From Octopus vulgaris (Eukaryota): DNA of 64,000 nucleotides. Position 1 is the stretch's first letter. Every line of letters starts with the position of its first letter. Both the position numbers and the translations under genes were made by a program. This document shows, piece by piece, positions 1 to 15,123 of the stretch. The DNA lies in the NCBI GenBank assembly GCA_951406725.2, contig OX597842.1, positions 3,844,001 to 3,908,000 of the forward strand. Direction: 5' to 3'. Below the pieces are notes generated by a model that was given only the letters and a program-made list of their open reading frames with translations, was not told where the DNA came from and ran no database searches.

Positions 1-114
1 GCAGCCTTCCTGTAGAAGGCGCTTCGATCAAGTAGAGAACCATACAACACCTGCTACTACTGCTGCTGCTGCTACTACCACTACTATTACTACTACTACT
101 ACTACTACTACTAC

Positions 115-1866
<1,752 letters not shown>

Positions 1867-1878
1867 GATGCAGTTTTA

Positions 1879-2322
1879 TGCCCTGATGCAGTACCAGGCT
1901 GTGGCTCTCATGGCTTCTGATCTTAACTGATTGGAAGTGTTATCATGTACATTGTTTTGTCTTGGTATAAAAGATGGGTTTTACAGCAAATATTCTGCTC
2001 AATACCACAGATTTGCTTGTCAGTTATTTGACTTTAACCAGTTGAGCATGTCCCTTAGTGGCTGACGATATGTGCATCTCTGATCACAAGCAGGAGTAGT
2101 GGAGGAGCATCATAGCCATGTGTTGAGAGGAATTCTTTGGGGTTTGAACAATTCACCTTTGGAAACATGGGTGGTTCGTTCAACATCCTTAAACAACCCT
2201 TACTCAAGGACCATTTGAGCGGGATGTGTTGCTCGACCAGAAGAAAATTCTAACTGGGCCCCACCTGCAAGGTCATGTGCTGTTTATCTTGATATGAGAT
2301 CACCATGTTGCGCACATATGGT
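1879..2322 (+). mobile_element. Non-autonomous (AAT)n-associated interspersed repeat, 3'-interrupted
   Basis: Homologous to 18760-19230 (+) and 38266-38783 (-). No ORF. Starts just after an (AAT)n tract. Confidence 0.75.
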
Positions 2323-2548
2323 ATTTTTCACGTTGCTCCAGTCAATTCAGGTGGCAAAAATGAGTTGTTCCTGAAATACAAAGGGCCAACCTTGACCATT
2401 CTATGTCACACTGACTCTGCCTGAGAATTACGTTAAGGGTACATGCGTCTGTGAAGTACTCAGCCACTTGCACGTTAATTTCGCGAGCCGGCAGTTCCAT
2501 TGATCAGATTAACTGGAACAATCATCGTCGTAACCGACGGAATGCCAG
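2322..2548 (+). mobile_element. SINE family C, 3' part
   Basis: Shares ttgctccagtc..ctcag..ggcaaaaatgagt...aactggaac..catcgtcgtaaccgacgga with 12152-12428, 12445-12686 and 58091-58330. Confidence 0.7.
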
Positions 2549-2566
2549 ATTTTTCTTATATTGTGT

Positions 2567-2761
2567 CACGCTTGACAACCGATGCTAGTGTGTTTACGTC
2601 CCCGTAACTTAGCACTTCGGCAAAAAGAGACCGATAGAATAAGTACTAGGCTTACAAAGAATAAGTCCTAGAGTCGATTTCCTCGACTAATGGCAGTGCT
2701 CCAGCATGGCCACAGTCAAATGACTGAACCAAGTAAAAGAGTAAAAAGAGTAAAAGAGTAA
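2567..2761 (+). mobile_element. SINE family B, 3' half
   Basis: cgcttgacaaccgatgct...ccagcatggccacagtcaaatgactgaa..aagtaaaaagag tail, as in the full copy at 24675-25101. Confidence 0.85.
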
Positions 2762-2989
2762 CAGCAGAGCTTGAAGACCACCTCCGAAAGAATGGGGGCA
2801 CGACACATCGAAAATGGTAGAGGATTAGGGGCTGAAACCGGACGTGGTTCCTCCTTAGACACTGAGTCCTATAAAACAGCTTTTGATGTAGCGAACCACG
2901 AAACGTGGTTAAGATTCCTCCTACGTATATATTTACACTTATATAAACACACAACATATGTATAGTGAAAGTGCGTAGCTCAGTGGTTA

Positions 2990-3020
2990 GGTGGTGGTGG
3001 TGGTGGTGGTGGTTGTGGTT

Positions 3021-3091
<71 letters not shown>

Positions 3092-3107
3092 GGTGGTGGT
3101 GGTGGTG

Positions 3108-3149
<42 letters not shown>

Positions 3150-3267
3150 ATAGTAGTAGTAGTAGTGGTAGTGGTAGTGGTAGTGGTGGTGGTGGTGGTG
3201 GTGGTAGTTTTGGTGGTGGTGGTGGTAGTAGTAGTAGTAGTAGTGTGTGGTGGTGGTGGTTTTGGTG

Positions 3268-3302
<35 letters not shown>

Positions 3303-3327
3303 TGTTGTTGTTGTTGTTGTTGTTGTT
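2990..3327. repeat. (GGT)n/(AGT)n/(GTT)n compound microsatellite
   Basis: Directly visible triplet runs. Confidence 0.95.
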
Positions 3328-4102
3328 ATTTCAAAAGTTCGGATCCGGCCAGCAGTTCTGCGCATGACGATAAATTTATTGTGCTTTCGTCTTTATATAT
3401 CAGCGCCATCGTTCTGATACTGGTTTGAATGATTAATTCAACAACATGGCTGTTGACGCAGAAGAACGTAGAAAGGCATGCGACCCACGATCTAATGGTC
3501 TAATGTGTCTTCACATTGTTTCACATTTTGTTTCACATTGTGTTTCACATTTTCACAGCCCAATGTGTTTTCACATACACTGGCTAAAAGGAGATATTTC
3601 TCTCAAGACTATTTCCACAGTGTCGGGCATTCCCATGTTCGAATGTACCCAAACATTTTACATATTCTTGTAATGCATATATTATATTGAACGCTTCTTC
3701 GTCTGACTCCCTACAATTAAACATTATATTGCTAAGAGAAAATTACGACCCCTCTAAACATATAGTACCTCCAATAGTCACCTCTTGTGAACCCATGACA
3801 CCTCTGTAGGACGCGCTAAAGCTCTGATTACCAAACTCTAACCATGACCTAATTAATATTTGTAAATGAAATAACAGAATTAACTGTAATTCAAGGAATA
3901 TCTGGAACAACAATTACGGCCCTACAAAATAACAAAAGCCCCTTCAGCAACCCTTTAATAAGGCCTGGATGTTACAGCTCACTTTGGAGTTCGCAACATC
4001 TCCAAGTGGTGCTACGACACAGACTGAAAATTACTGAGCATCTAATGAATATTCTTAATTGAAATAATCGAAGTAAATTTCATTTAAAATTAAGTTTAAC
4101 CA

Positions 4103-4572
4103 AAGAGCTTATTTCCTAACCTCATGGTTCAGGGTTCAGTCCCACTGCGTGGCATCATGGGCAACTGTCTTCTACTATAGCCTCAGGCCGACCAAAGCCT
4201 TGTGAGTGGATTTAGTAGACGGAAACTGAAAGAAGCCTGTCGTATATATGTATATATAGAGAGAAAATCTTACTTAGAAATGGATGCGTGCGTTCTGTCA
4301 TATAATATGTGAGTGTCTGCGTATATGTTTGTCTGTGTCTGTCCCCCCAACATCGCTTGACAACCGATGCTGGTTTGTTTACGTCCCCGTAACTTAGCGG
4401 TTCGGCAAAAGAAACCGATAGAATAAGTACCAGGCTTACAAAGAATAAGTCCTGGGTTCAATTTGCTCAACTAAAGGCGGTGCTCCAGCATGGCCGCAGT
4501 CAAATGACTGAAACAAGTAAAAGAGTAGATGCGGTGCCCCAGCATGGCCGCAGTCTAATGACTGAAAAAAGT
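4103..4572 (+). mobile_element. SINE family B with duplicated 3' tail
   Basis: B-box-like gggttcagtccc, internal microsatellite, and the tail gcggtgc(t/c)ccagcatggccgcagtc present twice in tandem. Confidence 0.85.
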
Positions 4573-4574
4573 AA

Positions 4575-5175
4575 ACGATTTCAATTTGATGCTGTTTCAG
4601 TTGTGTATACTGCTTAGGATTACCATTTTCCTTAAAAGCAGGACATGGCGACGAGTTCAAATTCCATAGATGCAAAAGAATACCTTGAGCTTGGAGGCTA
4701 ATAAGGACAGATTTAATTGGGAGTCTCAAGGAATTTGGACAACAGAAAGTACCCCGCTTTGATTAGGGCATCAAAAGGTTGTGAATAGGTTCGGTAGAAT
4801 TGCCGGTTTAGTCGGCAATCCTACTAATCGTTCTTAGAAACGGCGAAGGTTATTGTTGGACACCCTGCAGGAGGAAAACGGAAGAAACCAGTAAAATCAA
4901 CAGTCATTGAAAAGCTAGGAGTGAGGAACCCCTGGTCTGTCTTTAGGCATCTCTGTAGGAGAGGGAAATTCCGAAATAACACCTGGCTTATTATGGCAAA
5001 GCCAGAGATCTGGTTTTGTTCGTTTCTGAACAACTTGGCTTTGTAGGTGAGAGTCTGAGCAGTGTTGAAGAGATGTTATTGACTTCAAATTCCAATACAG
5101 TCATTGCTGAAAACCGTTGCTGACAGTCACTGTTTTGGATTCAAAGATAAGATAATTTGTCAGCGATGACATCCA
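4575..5175 (-). pseudogene. Possible heavily decayed Penelope-like reverse transcriptase fragment
   Basis: Minus-strand peptides FRNEQNQISGFAIISQVL, CPTITFAVSKN and FKENGNPKQY loosely resemble PLE RT motifs (Y.QIDGVAMGSPL, HPNIKFT.E.E.N, LxxNGYP) in the right order. Many stops and frameshifts. Confidence 0.3.
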
Positions 5176-5485
5176 CTACATACATACATACATACATACA
5201 TACATACATGTGTGTGTGTGTACATACATATATATCGTTGTTATTATGTTAAACTGTCGTATGTCCAAAGTTGTCCAAATGCGTTTTTTTCAATATTCAT
5301 TTTTGTTTGCAATAGCTGGTTCTTTTGGTGAAACTATCCTATCTCCAGTTGCTTCAGATGCCAAGATATCAAAAATTGTCAAAGTGTAGGACAACGGTTT
5401 TGCTACGGAATGCTGAAACTATTTTTTCGTTTTCTGACATACAACGTTTTGGACTTACGCCACTTTTACATAATAGCAACGATAT

Positions 5486-5817
<332 letters not shown>

Positions 5818-6177
5818 CAAATAAGTAACAAAGATGTCCAAGTATGAGTGCATTACGGCCGTTTCAAGCAGCTCCATTTAATCAATCAAGCATTACATCA
5901 ATTTGAAATAAACCGCTCTCCTCAGAGCATATGGCAATATATATTTCCAATATATATTATACTTCTTTAGCAATTTTTTCATTAGTACTAGAAACTAAAA
6001 TACATTGCTTCATTTTGCTTTTCATTCTGCTACAATAATGCCAATATCCTTATGTTATTATAAGAACCTCTTCCAGTTCAGTTATCTGGCGTGTCTTCGG
6101 ACGAAACAGTGTAGTTTGTTGCACGCATTGTCTTTCATAAGACACACACACAGACACATACGCACACACAGACACAT

Positions 6178-6238
<61 letters not shown>

Positions 6239-6471
6239 AGACGGCGAGCTGTCAGAAACGTTAGCACGTCGGGCGAAATGCGTAGCCGTATTTCGTCTGT
6301 CGTTAAGTGTTCTGGGTTCAAATTCCGCCGAGGTCGACTTTGCCTTTCATCCTTTCGGGGTCGATAAATTAAGTACCAGTTACGCACTGGGGTCGATGTA
6401 ATCGACTTAATCCCTTTGTCTGTCCTTGTTTGTCCCCTCTATGTTTAGCCCCTTGTGGGTAGTAAAGAAAT
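6239..6471 (+). mobile_element. tRNA-derived SINE family A
   Basis: ggcgagctg.cagaaacgttag A-box-like head, gggttcaaattcc B box, and a central gactttgcctttcatcctttcggggtcgataaattaagtaccag resembling the Deu/Nin SINE domain. At least 7 copies in the window. Confidence 0.88.
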
Positions 6472-6479
6472 ATATATAC

Positions 6480-6650
6480 AAGACGGACTTCGATCAATTT
6501 TATCCTTCTAAATCTACTCGCAAGGTTTTGGTGAGCCTGAGGTGATGAGGATATAGTAGCAGACATTTGCATAAGGTACCACGCAGTAGGACTGAACTTG
6601 GAACCATGTGGCTGAGATACAAACTTAGTAGCTCGCAGCCACACTTGCGC
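6480..6650 (-). mobile_element. SINE family B, 5' half
   Basis: Reverse complement of the head gtggctg...cacatggttc.aagttcagtcc.actgcgtgg.acctt. Confidence 0.75.
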
Positions 6651-6779
6651 TTATATATATATATCGTTAGAGAGTTGAAATTATAAGGATTTTTGGGACG
6701 ATAACTCATGAAGAAAAAGCAGCATCCGTGTCTTTTATGCAAATCTTTCGTTTGCTCCTTTGTTGCTTAAGTTGTGGAG

Positions 6780-6856
<77 letters not shown>

Positions 6857-7149
6857 TGTGTGTGTGCATTAAATTTTCGGTTAGAGGTAACTCTTATAAT
6901 GAAAATATCATTGATGTCATATACTTAAAGCATGGGTTTTGTTACAGCGCTCTTAGTCTGTAATATTTTGCCAAGGGGAGGTCCCTTTAAGGGGTCGAAT
7001 ATCTAGAAAAAAAAAAAAACACTGAATATCTCAAATATAGACGAAACGAATTGGCCCAAAGATGAACAAGAACTCCAGAAATAGATATTTCGCTATTAAA
7101 GAGAGGTGGATATTTTCAAAAATACATTACCAAATACATACCTGGTGCG

Positions 7150-7243
7150 AGACTTGAAGACAAGTGCCCAAGGTCCCACGCAGTGAGATTCGAAATCATG
7201 TTGTTGGGAAGCAAACTTCTTACCATACAGCCACGCCTGCACC
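7150..7243 (-). mobile_element. SINE family B head fragment
   Basis: Reverse complement gcaggcgtggctgtatggtaagaagtttgcttcccaac...accttgggc. Confidence 0.7.
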
Positions 7244-7343
7244 TGATATATATATATATATATATATAGAAAACACAACAACGCGAGGACGTGGAACAAG
7301 TATAGTATTATTGGACGCTCAGGAAAGGAAAGAAAGAAGGAGG

Positions 7344-7378
7344 ACTTAACGTTTCGAGCGGAGCTCTTCGTCAGAAAC
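7344..7378 (-). ncRNA. Minimal type I hammerhead ribozyme motif in a small Penelope-like repeat (7269-7446)
   Basis: Minus strand guuu CUGACGA a gagc ucc gcuc GAAA cg UU aagu. Stem III is reduced to the palindrome ACGU. A second copy lies at 51656-51690. Confidence 0.6.
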
Positions 7379-7503
7379 ATAGGAAAAGGAAAGATCCAAG
7401 GAAGGGAAGACGGAGGGGAAAAAATCACCAACGATACACACGCGGATATATATATATATATATAATTATGTAGATAGATAAATAGACAGACAGACAGACA
7501 GAC

Positions 7504-7590
<87 letters not shown>

Positions 7591-7914
7591 CACTTTCAAT
7601 ATGCATATTTGTTATAGAGATACGTAAGAGAGAAAGAAAAATTGATAGATAGATAGATAAATATAGATATACAGATTATACATATATAGATATATATATA
7701 TATATATATATGGAGACATAGGTACGTATAAGTATGTATATATGTCTTGTATATTATATATACATATTTATATATACATACACACACATACATACATACA
7801 TACATACATACATACATACATACATACATACACACACACAAACATACACACACACATACATACACACACATACATAACATACATATACATACATACATAC
7901 ATAACATACATACA

Positions 7915-7949
<35 letters not shown>

Positions 7950-8209
7950 GTATATATATATATATACACACACATACATACCATATATATATGTATATAT
8001 ACACACACATATATACATATATATTATCCATATTGAAAAATGTCGGACAGCTGTGCTCATCTGTGGATGAAAAAACAGTGAGTCAAAAGGGGGCGCTGGA
8101 GTATAGCAAACAATATGGCCACCTCTTTATCTTTATCGCATTGTGTAAACATTGCTTTAACACTAATCACTCCTACCATTAGGACTTGAGTAAATATACA
8201 CAGAGACAG

Positions 8210-8860
8210 CGGCTGCAGCGGAGGCGGAGGCGGCGGCTGCGGTGGTGGTGGTGGTGGTGGTGGTGGTGGTGGTGGTGGTGGTGTGTAGTTTATGCGACTT
8301 GAAGGCAAAGGTTTCCTGGTAGTGATGATGGCTGTGATGGTGGTGGTGGTGGTGATGGTGATGATGATGATAGTGGTGGTGGTGGTGGTCATGGTGCTTG
8401 TAATGGAGGCAGTGTTAGTGGTGGTGGTGGTGGTGGAAGGCTTGTAACACGTGTTCGATGATGGTGGTGGTGACAGTGGTATTGGGGTTGGAGGTGGTAG
8501 TGGTGGTGGTGGTGGTGGTGGTGGTGGTAGCGGTTGTAGTGATGGTGGTAGTGATGATGGTGGCAGTGGTGGTGGTAGTAGAGGAGGTGGTGACGGTGAT
8601 GGTGTTGGTGTTGATGGTGATAATGATGATGTTCGTATTGGTGCTGGTGGTGACGGAGGTGGCGGTAGCGATGGTGGTGATAACGGTGGTAATGATGATG
8701 ATGGCGGTGGTGATGATGATGGTGGTGGTGGTGGTGGTGATGGTTGGTGATGATGGTGGTATAGTGGTGGTGGTGATGGCAGTGGTGGTGGTATTGATGA
8801 TAATGGTGATGCTGATGGCGGCGGTGTGTGTGTTAGTGCTAGAGATGCTGGTAGAAATAA
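8210..8860. repeat. Degenerate (GGT/GAT)n low-complexity tract
   Basis: Directly visible. Confidence 0.9.
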
Positions 8861-9172
8861 TGTTGGTATTTAAACCCAGGCTAAACCTGATCGAGGGGAG
8901 GCCTCTGATCAAAGGTGCTCCAGCCACGACCATCCCATCCTTTTTCTAAAACAAATGACTACATTATCCAACATAACCATCGTCTTTTTTTTAAGACTCT
9001 AAATCTCATTTGAGGGAGATTTAGCTGCCATTTCGAACGGTTCAAACGACATATTAGATTCGTTTCCGCCGTTACCTTAATCAAGCAGACTTTTATGCTC
9101 GATCAACCTTGATCGAGCATTCCTTCCGTGACCATCCCATCTTTTTCATGGATGCAGAAATCCCATATCCAT

Positions 9173-9374
9173 ATGTCAGAATAAAAGATGGGAGAGTCAC
9201 GGCTGGAACATCTTTGATCATAGGTCTGTTGGATCAGGACTGACCTTGGGCTAAACAACATCAATTACACCCCCCTCCACTAATAGAAACTGTTATACTA
9301 TATAACTATAACCACTCATACGAACTAGTCAAAAGATGTTCCAGCCGTGACCCTCCCATCTTTTATTCTGACAT
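9173..9374. repeat. Inverted repeat with ~45-bp arms (MITE-like)
   Basis: atgtcagaataaaagatgggagagtcacggctggaacatcttt (from 9173) is the near-perfect reverse complement of aaagatgttccagccgtgaccctcccatcttttattctgacat (to 9374). Related gaccatcccatc motifs occur near 8930 and 9130. Confidence 0.75.
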
Positions 9375-9769
9375 AGTGTATCTAGGACTACATCGTATAT
9401 CACTAATACAAATTACCAAGTTTGTATTAGAGGTTATAGTTGTTGTTGTTGCTTAACCCAGGCGTGACCACCCCTAAAGCAGAAAGAAACCAACACTACA
9501 TGATTCTACTTGTCCAAGATGGCGGAGGTTGGGGTGATTCTAGTGACATGTGGATGCAATTTCTAACCCATCAGGTGACCACCACATAGGGCAACCTCGG
9601 TAACTTAATAAGCTGAGAGACAATCGCCCTCAGCTGGAGTTTCTTTTCTTGGTGGTGGTCATCAAGGGGAGCGATGCTGGTGGACTTGATATGGTTTGTT
9701 TAGTATTTAGCTATTATTTCTAGCCTGTCAAGTGACCACATACAGATTCTCTCGTTTCGATAATTTGAA

Positions 9770-10290
9770 TGTGGTGGTGGTGGGGGGGTGTTTGCGGTTG
9801 TGGTGGTGATGTTGGTCCTAGCAGTTGTGGTGAACGTAGTGGTAGTAGTTGTGGTGGTGGTGGTGGTGGTGGTGGTGGTGGTGGTGGTGGTGGTGGTGGT
9901 GGTGGTGGTGGTGGTGGTGGTGGTAGTGGTGATGGTGTTTGAAATAATGCGTGTAATAATGGTAGTGTTGTGGTGCCACTGATGGAGGTGGTGATGTCGA
10001 TGGTATGGTGACAGCTGCAATGGTGGGTGGTGCTGGTGGAGTTAATGGCTTTGGTGGTGGTGGTAGTGGTAGTTGTGGTGATGGTGGTGGTGGTGGTGGT
10101 GGTGGTGGTGGTGGTGGTGGTAGTAGTGGTGATGGTGATGGTGTGATGGTGGTGGTGACGGTGGCGTTACTGGTGCTGGTGGTGGTGGTGGTAGTAGTGG
10201 TGATGGTGATGGTGCAGCTGCTGTTGATGATGATGATGGTGGTGGTGGTGTTGGTGCTGGTGCTGGTGGTGGTGGTGGTGATGGTTACGT
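9770..10290. repeat. (GGT)n-rich low-complexity tract
   Basis: Directly visible. Confidence 0.9.
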
Positions 10291-10853
10291 TGGGGTAATG
10301 AACTAAAATGGACAGACACAGAGTGAAATATTCGGGTAATAAAAGGGTAGATGGAAAGGTTGGGGTGTATGAGAAGATAGGGTGTGTGCACATTACGGGT
10401 GAGCTGCGGTCGTAGTGTTGGAAGGGGTGGGCATTTGGAGGGACGGGGGAGACGACAACGACACCAGTTGCTTGTTTAATGTTCCGGAAACTGTAGACGA
10501 GCAGACTCGGTTCAATTCTACTCATTTCCTAATAACCCATCCTTTCCTAAGATGGCCACCACCACCACTACCACCTGTCTGCCCGCACCCTCTAATTTAC
10601 TTATCCTAAATCTTAGACAAATTCCTTCCCTCGCCCCAGATTAGTTACAAGACAAACTTTAAAAACAAGGCGACAAGGGAGACCTCTACATGGCTGATAT
10701 ATCTGTTAGAAATAGCAGCCAAATATCCCTCAAATGACACTCTACTGTTTTATGTATATACATATGAATGAGCCATGGTAGCTGGACCTGATAGAAATAG
10801 ATCCCGCAGATCACATGTATGTATGTATGTATGTATGTACGTATGTACGTATG

Positions 10854-10899
<46 letters not shown>

Positions 10900-10934
10900 G
10901 TACATACATGCATATACATACATACATATGTATA

Positions 10935-11960
10935 TATAGGGTTTGCAGATAAATTGCGTCTAATCTTAAGCGGTTGACTTATTGCCTTTAACATTTCACT
11001 TTTTGACAAATCCTTTCTTGCTTGAAAATCTAATCGTCTTCCTCTTTATTTTTCAGGTAAAAAGTGAACTCATTCGACAACAGAAACTCATGGAACAACA
11101 GAATTGTTCCGCCATTTTGTTTTACGCGCGCCGGGCACACAGCCAATAAAATTGATAAGTTGACGAAACTTCCAAATGCAACGGTTTGTATAAACAATTA
11201 TAGAAGAGGAAAAAAAGTTTAATAGAAAAGAACACAGAACTCGAAGTAATTCCAAAGGCAATCTAAAGTTTCTGGCTGGCCTCAAACACTCGATTGAAGC
11301 CAACCGATCCCCATCCATGACAACTCTTGCAAAGAAGCGCAATGTGTCCCTTTCCATGGTGCCCAGAGCTGGCACGACTAGCTATGTTTGATGCTCTTGT
11401 CACCTCCTAACAGCCAAGGCCGAGAGATGTCCAAAGCTTCTGTCATTCATCAAACATTGTGGACGAGCAGAAGTTCATTGTAGACGCTGAGGTGTGAATC
11501 GCAGAAATTCTCGAGTGATTGCATACAACCGTTCTAACGTCCTTACTGTGTTTGAGACAAAGAATCCTATCTTTGTGATGGTATTTCGAGCCGTAGCGAA
11601 TGATGGAAGTGTCATGGATCCACACTTCTTTGAGTCTGGCTTGAAGATCGACTCAAAGGATTATCTGGATATGCTGAAGAACTCTCTGTTACCTTCGATG
11701 GAGCAGATGTTTGGCTTTACAATATGGTGCTTATCCAGGATTCTGCACGATGTAATAGGTCAAAAGCAACTCAGACCTTCCTGGGTGAGAAGGTGCCATT
11801 TTTTGTAAGGGCCAACATCTAGCCCAGTAACAGCCTAGATCTCAACGTTGTCAATTACTTTTTATGGAAGGACCAACGCATCACAACACTCGAGTGTCAA
11901 CAGTTTGATGACCTGCTTCGTGCATGCAACACGCAAAATCGAAAAGGTGGAGGTTGCGGC
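10935..11960 (+). mobile_element. Decayed Tc1/mariner-superfamily DNA transposon (maT/DD37D-like)
   Basis: Begins tatagggtttgcag (TACAGGGT-like TIR after TA). ORF 11494-11808 reads TKNPIFVMVFRAVANDGSVMDPHFFESGLKIDSKDYLDML, followed in another frame by QDSAR..SKATQTFL...PSNSLDLNVVNYFLW (QDSAP / SPDLNPLDY catalytic motifs). Confidence 0.8.
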
Positions 11961-12151
11961 AACTTCACAGCCATGAATCGACCCCAGTGCACTGGTACTT
12001 ATTCTATCGGTCTCATCTCTATTGCTGAGCCGCTAAGTTAGGAGGACGTAAGGAAACCAACACAGGTTATCAAGCATGCAACTACCACCACAGTCACAAC
12101 CACTTGCCACCACCACTACTACTACTGCCATCTTAACTGCTTACAAATATT

Positions 12152-12428
12152 TAGTGGCTAGGATAATCAGTTCATAATCGTAAGGTCGTGAGTTCGATTC
12201 TCGGCGATACGTTGTGTCCTTCAGCAAGATACTTTATTTTCACGTTACTCCAGTCCACTCAGCTGACAAAAATGAGTTGTACCTGTAATTCCAAAGGGGC
12301 CAGCCTTCACATTCTTTATCATGCTGAATCTCTCTGAGTCCTCTATTGCATGCACGCTAATTTCGCAAGCAAGCCCACCCCCGATCCAGTCACCTGGGAC
12401 CTTTATCATCGTAATGGACGGAGTGCCA
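12152..12428 (+). mobile_element. tRNA-derived SINE family C
   Basis: tagtggctagg head, B box gagttcgattct and gtgtccttcagcaagatactt core. Confidence 0.8.
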
Positions 12429-12444
12429 GGGTTTTTGAGTAAAA

Positions 12445-12686
12445 CATTTCATTTCCCGTTGTTCGAGTCCGCTTAGCCGGCAAAAATAAGTAGCCCCTTT
12501 TTTTCAAAGGGCCCAACTTTGTCACATTCTATATCATGTTGCATTTCCTGGAGAACTACATTAAGGGCACGCATGTCTATGGAGTGTGTCAGCCACTTGT
12601 ATGTTAATTTCTTCCCCGAGCAGGTTATTCCGTTGATCGGATCAACTGGAACCTTCATCGTCGAAACCGACGGAGATCCACCGACG
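12445..12686 (+). mobile_element. SINE family C, 3' part
   Basis: Homologous to 2322-2548. Confidence 0.7.
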
Positions 12687-12989
12687 GAGTTCCACTCAGG
12701 GTGTCGCAGTGGTGATCGCGAGATCTTGGTTTCGAGACCCAAACTGGCAGTAATTGTGCTCATGAGTAAAATCACTCATTTCAAATTGCTCCAGTCCACT
12801 CAGCTGTAAATGGTTAACCCTATGACTGATCGGTGCACAACGGTGAGATGGTGACTCAGGAAAATCACTCAAACGGAGGAGTCGCGAGTCACGTTTTGTA
12901 TTTAGCGATCGAAAGGATGAATAGTACAACACGTACGGTGATTCCTGATTGGTTGTGATTGGTTGTTCCACCAGCAGGCCCAAGATTGC

Positions 12990-13435
12990 AAAACCATCCC
13001 CACTACCACCGCCACCATCACCAACAACATCATAACCAACACTACAACCACTACCGCCTCCACCAACACCAAGCACATCACCACCAACAACACAACCACC
13101 ACAACTACAGCGACCACTACCACAATTGCCACCAGCAACCCCAGCACCAACACCAACAACAACAACATTAACACCACCATCACCACTTGCACCCCATCGA
13201 CTACACCCACCACTACAAGAAATTCCACAACCACCACCACCACATCCACCACCTCCACCACATTCACCACCTCCACAAAATCTATCACAACAGCCATGAC
13301 CACCACTACCAACAATAACAACACCACCATCACAACCATCACAACCATCAAACCACCACCACAACCACTACCATCACCAACACCACCACCACAACCACCA
13401 CCACCACAACCACCACCGCTGCACTACAACATCTA
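12990..13435. repeat. Degenerate (CCA/CAA)n tract
   Basis: Directly visible. Confidence 0.9.
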
Positions 13436-13777
13436 GAACAACACTGCCAGTACCTCACTACTACAACCGCAACATCAATATTCCCGACACCTAAAAAAAG
13501 ACGAGGAAAATTGTCTCCACTGAAACTTCAGCAGGTCAACATCCGGTCGGCCCTCTGGTGGGGGACCTCTCTATTGACCCTTTTTGAACTAACAGTAGGA
13601 ACTTCCGGTCTGACGTAAATAAAGGACCACCAGCAGTCAGCTGCGCAAGCGTGTATGTTTGAGAATACGGTATTGGGGGGGAAATAAATAAAACACATAC
13701 ACACACACACACACATACGTCTATATATCTATGTGTGTGAGTGTGTGTTTGCCGATCTATCCTTATATTATATTCTA

Positions 13778-13946
<169 letters not shown>

Positions 13947-14258
13947 ATACATACATAGATACATAGATACATAGATACATACATGTCATGCATACATGTT
14001 TACATATACATGTCTGCGCGTATGTATGTATGTATGTATGTATGTATGTATGTATGTATGCACATGAATTGATAGATGGTTAGATTGAGAGACACAACCA
14101 TACACACACTGATGTATATATATATATATATGTGTTTGTGTGTGTACACATGGAGAAAGATAGGTAGGTAGTTAGTATTACTGATGGAGAAACAAAGAGT
14201 GGTAGTCAGATAGACATGTGTGTGAGTAGGAGGAGTGTGTGCATATATATGTAGATAA

Positions 14259-14763
14259 GTTTCTTTATTGGCCACACAGGGCTGCACACAGATGGGACAA
14301 GTTACAAGGTAGAGCTTTTCTTTTGGGGGATGAAGAGAACAAAAAAACAAAAGAAAAAAAGGGGTGGTGTAGGTTTTCGATCAAGAGGGATCGGAAACGG
14401 GAAGAAAAGAACAAAAACAAAAAAAAATTGAATAAAATAAAAGGGATAAAAGGAAAAAAAAAAAGAAAAGGAAAAGGAACAAAAGGAAAGAAAAATGAAA
14501 AAAGAAGAAAAAAGGGGAAAAAAAAGGGGATGAGGAAAAAAAGAACGATCAATAGGATCGTGTATCACAGTGTTATGATATATGGTGTAAAGGGGAAAGC
14601 AAGTAAGGTTTATCCGTGGGAAGAAAAGCCTACGAAAAAAACCACGGTAACCTTGGTCAATATTGTTATATGTTACCACATTTGTTTGCAAGTGGGTAAC
14701 CCTCTGTTGTTTTCAAATTCTGGGTTCATAGGATTATGCTCAAGGTGGCTTCGTCATTTATAC
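14259..14763 (-). mobile_element. Tx1/L1-like LINE 3' end (last codons and 3' UTR)
   Basis: Minus strand encodes ...NDEATLSIIL*, identical to the ORF end at 39703-40224. Ends gcagccctgtgtggccaataaagaaac. The 5' side abuts (ATCT)n. Confidence 0.85.
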
Positions 14764-14881
<118 letters not shown>

Positions 14882-15123
14882 ATAAAACGCTTCAGTTATG
14901 AATACAAAATCGCGGCAAATGCCAGTAGCAATCCAAAAACCTTCTTTGCACATATCCAGCGGAATTCCCGCTTGAACAACCAGATTGCAACGTTGGTAGA
15001 CTCAACAGGCGTATCGATTGAGGACCCTTATCAACAGAGTCAACTATTTGCCGAGGCTTTTTCAACTATTTTCAAACAAGATGATGGTCGTGAACCCCTC
15101 CATTTGATAGATCGGTACCTCCA

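Noticed and set aside
2969-2992. tRNA-like 5' sequence gcgtagctcagtggttag
   Set aside because: Only an A-box or SINE head. It runs into (GGT)n and no cloverleaf can be formed.
3630-4060. Possible decayed Penelope GIY-YIG region
   Set aside because: The resemblance is too weak to support without a profile search.
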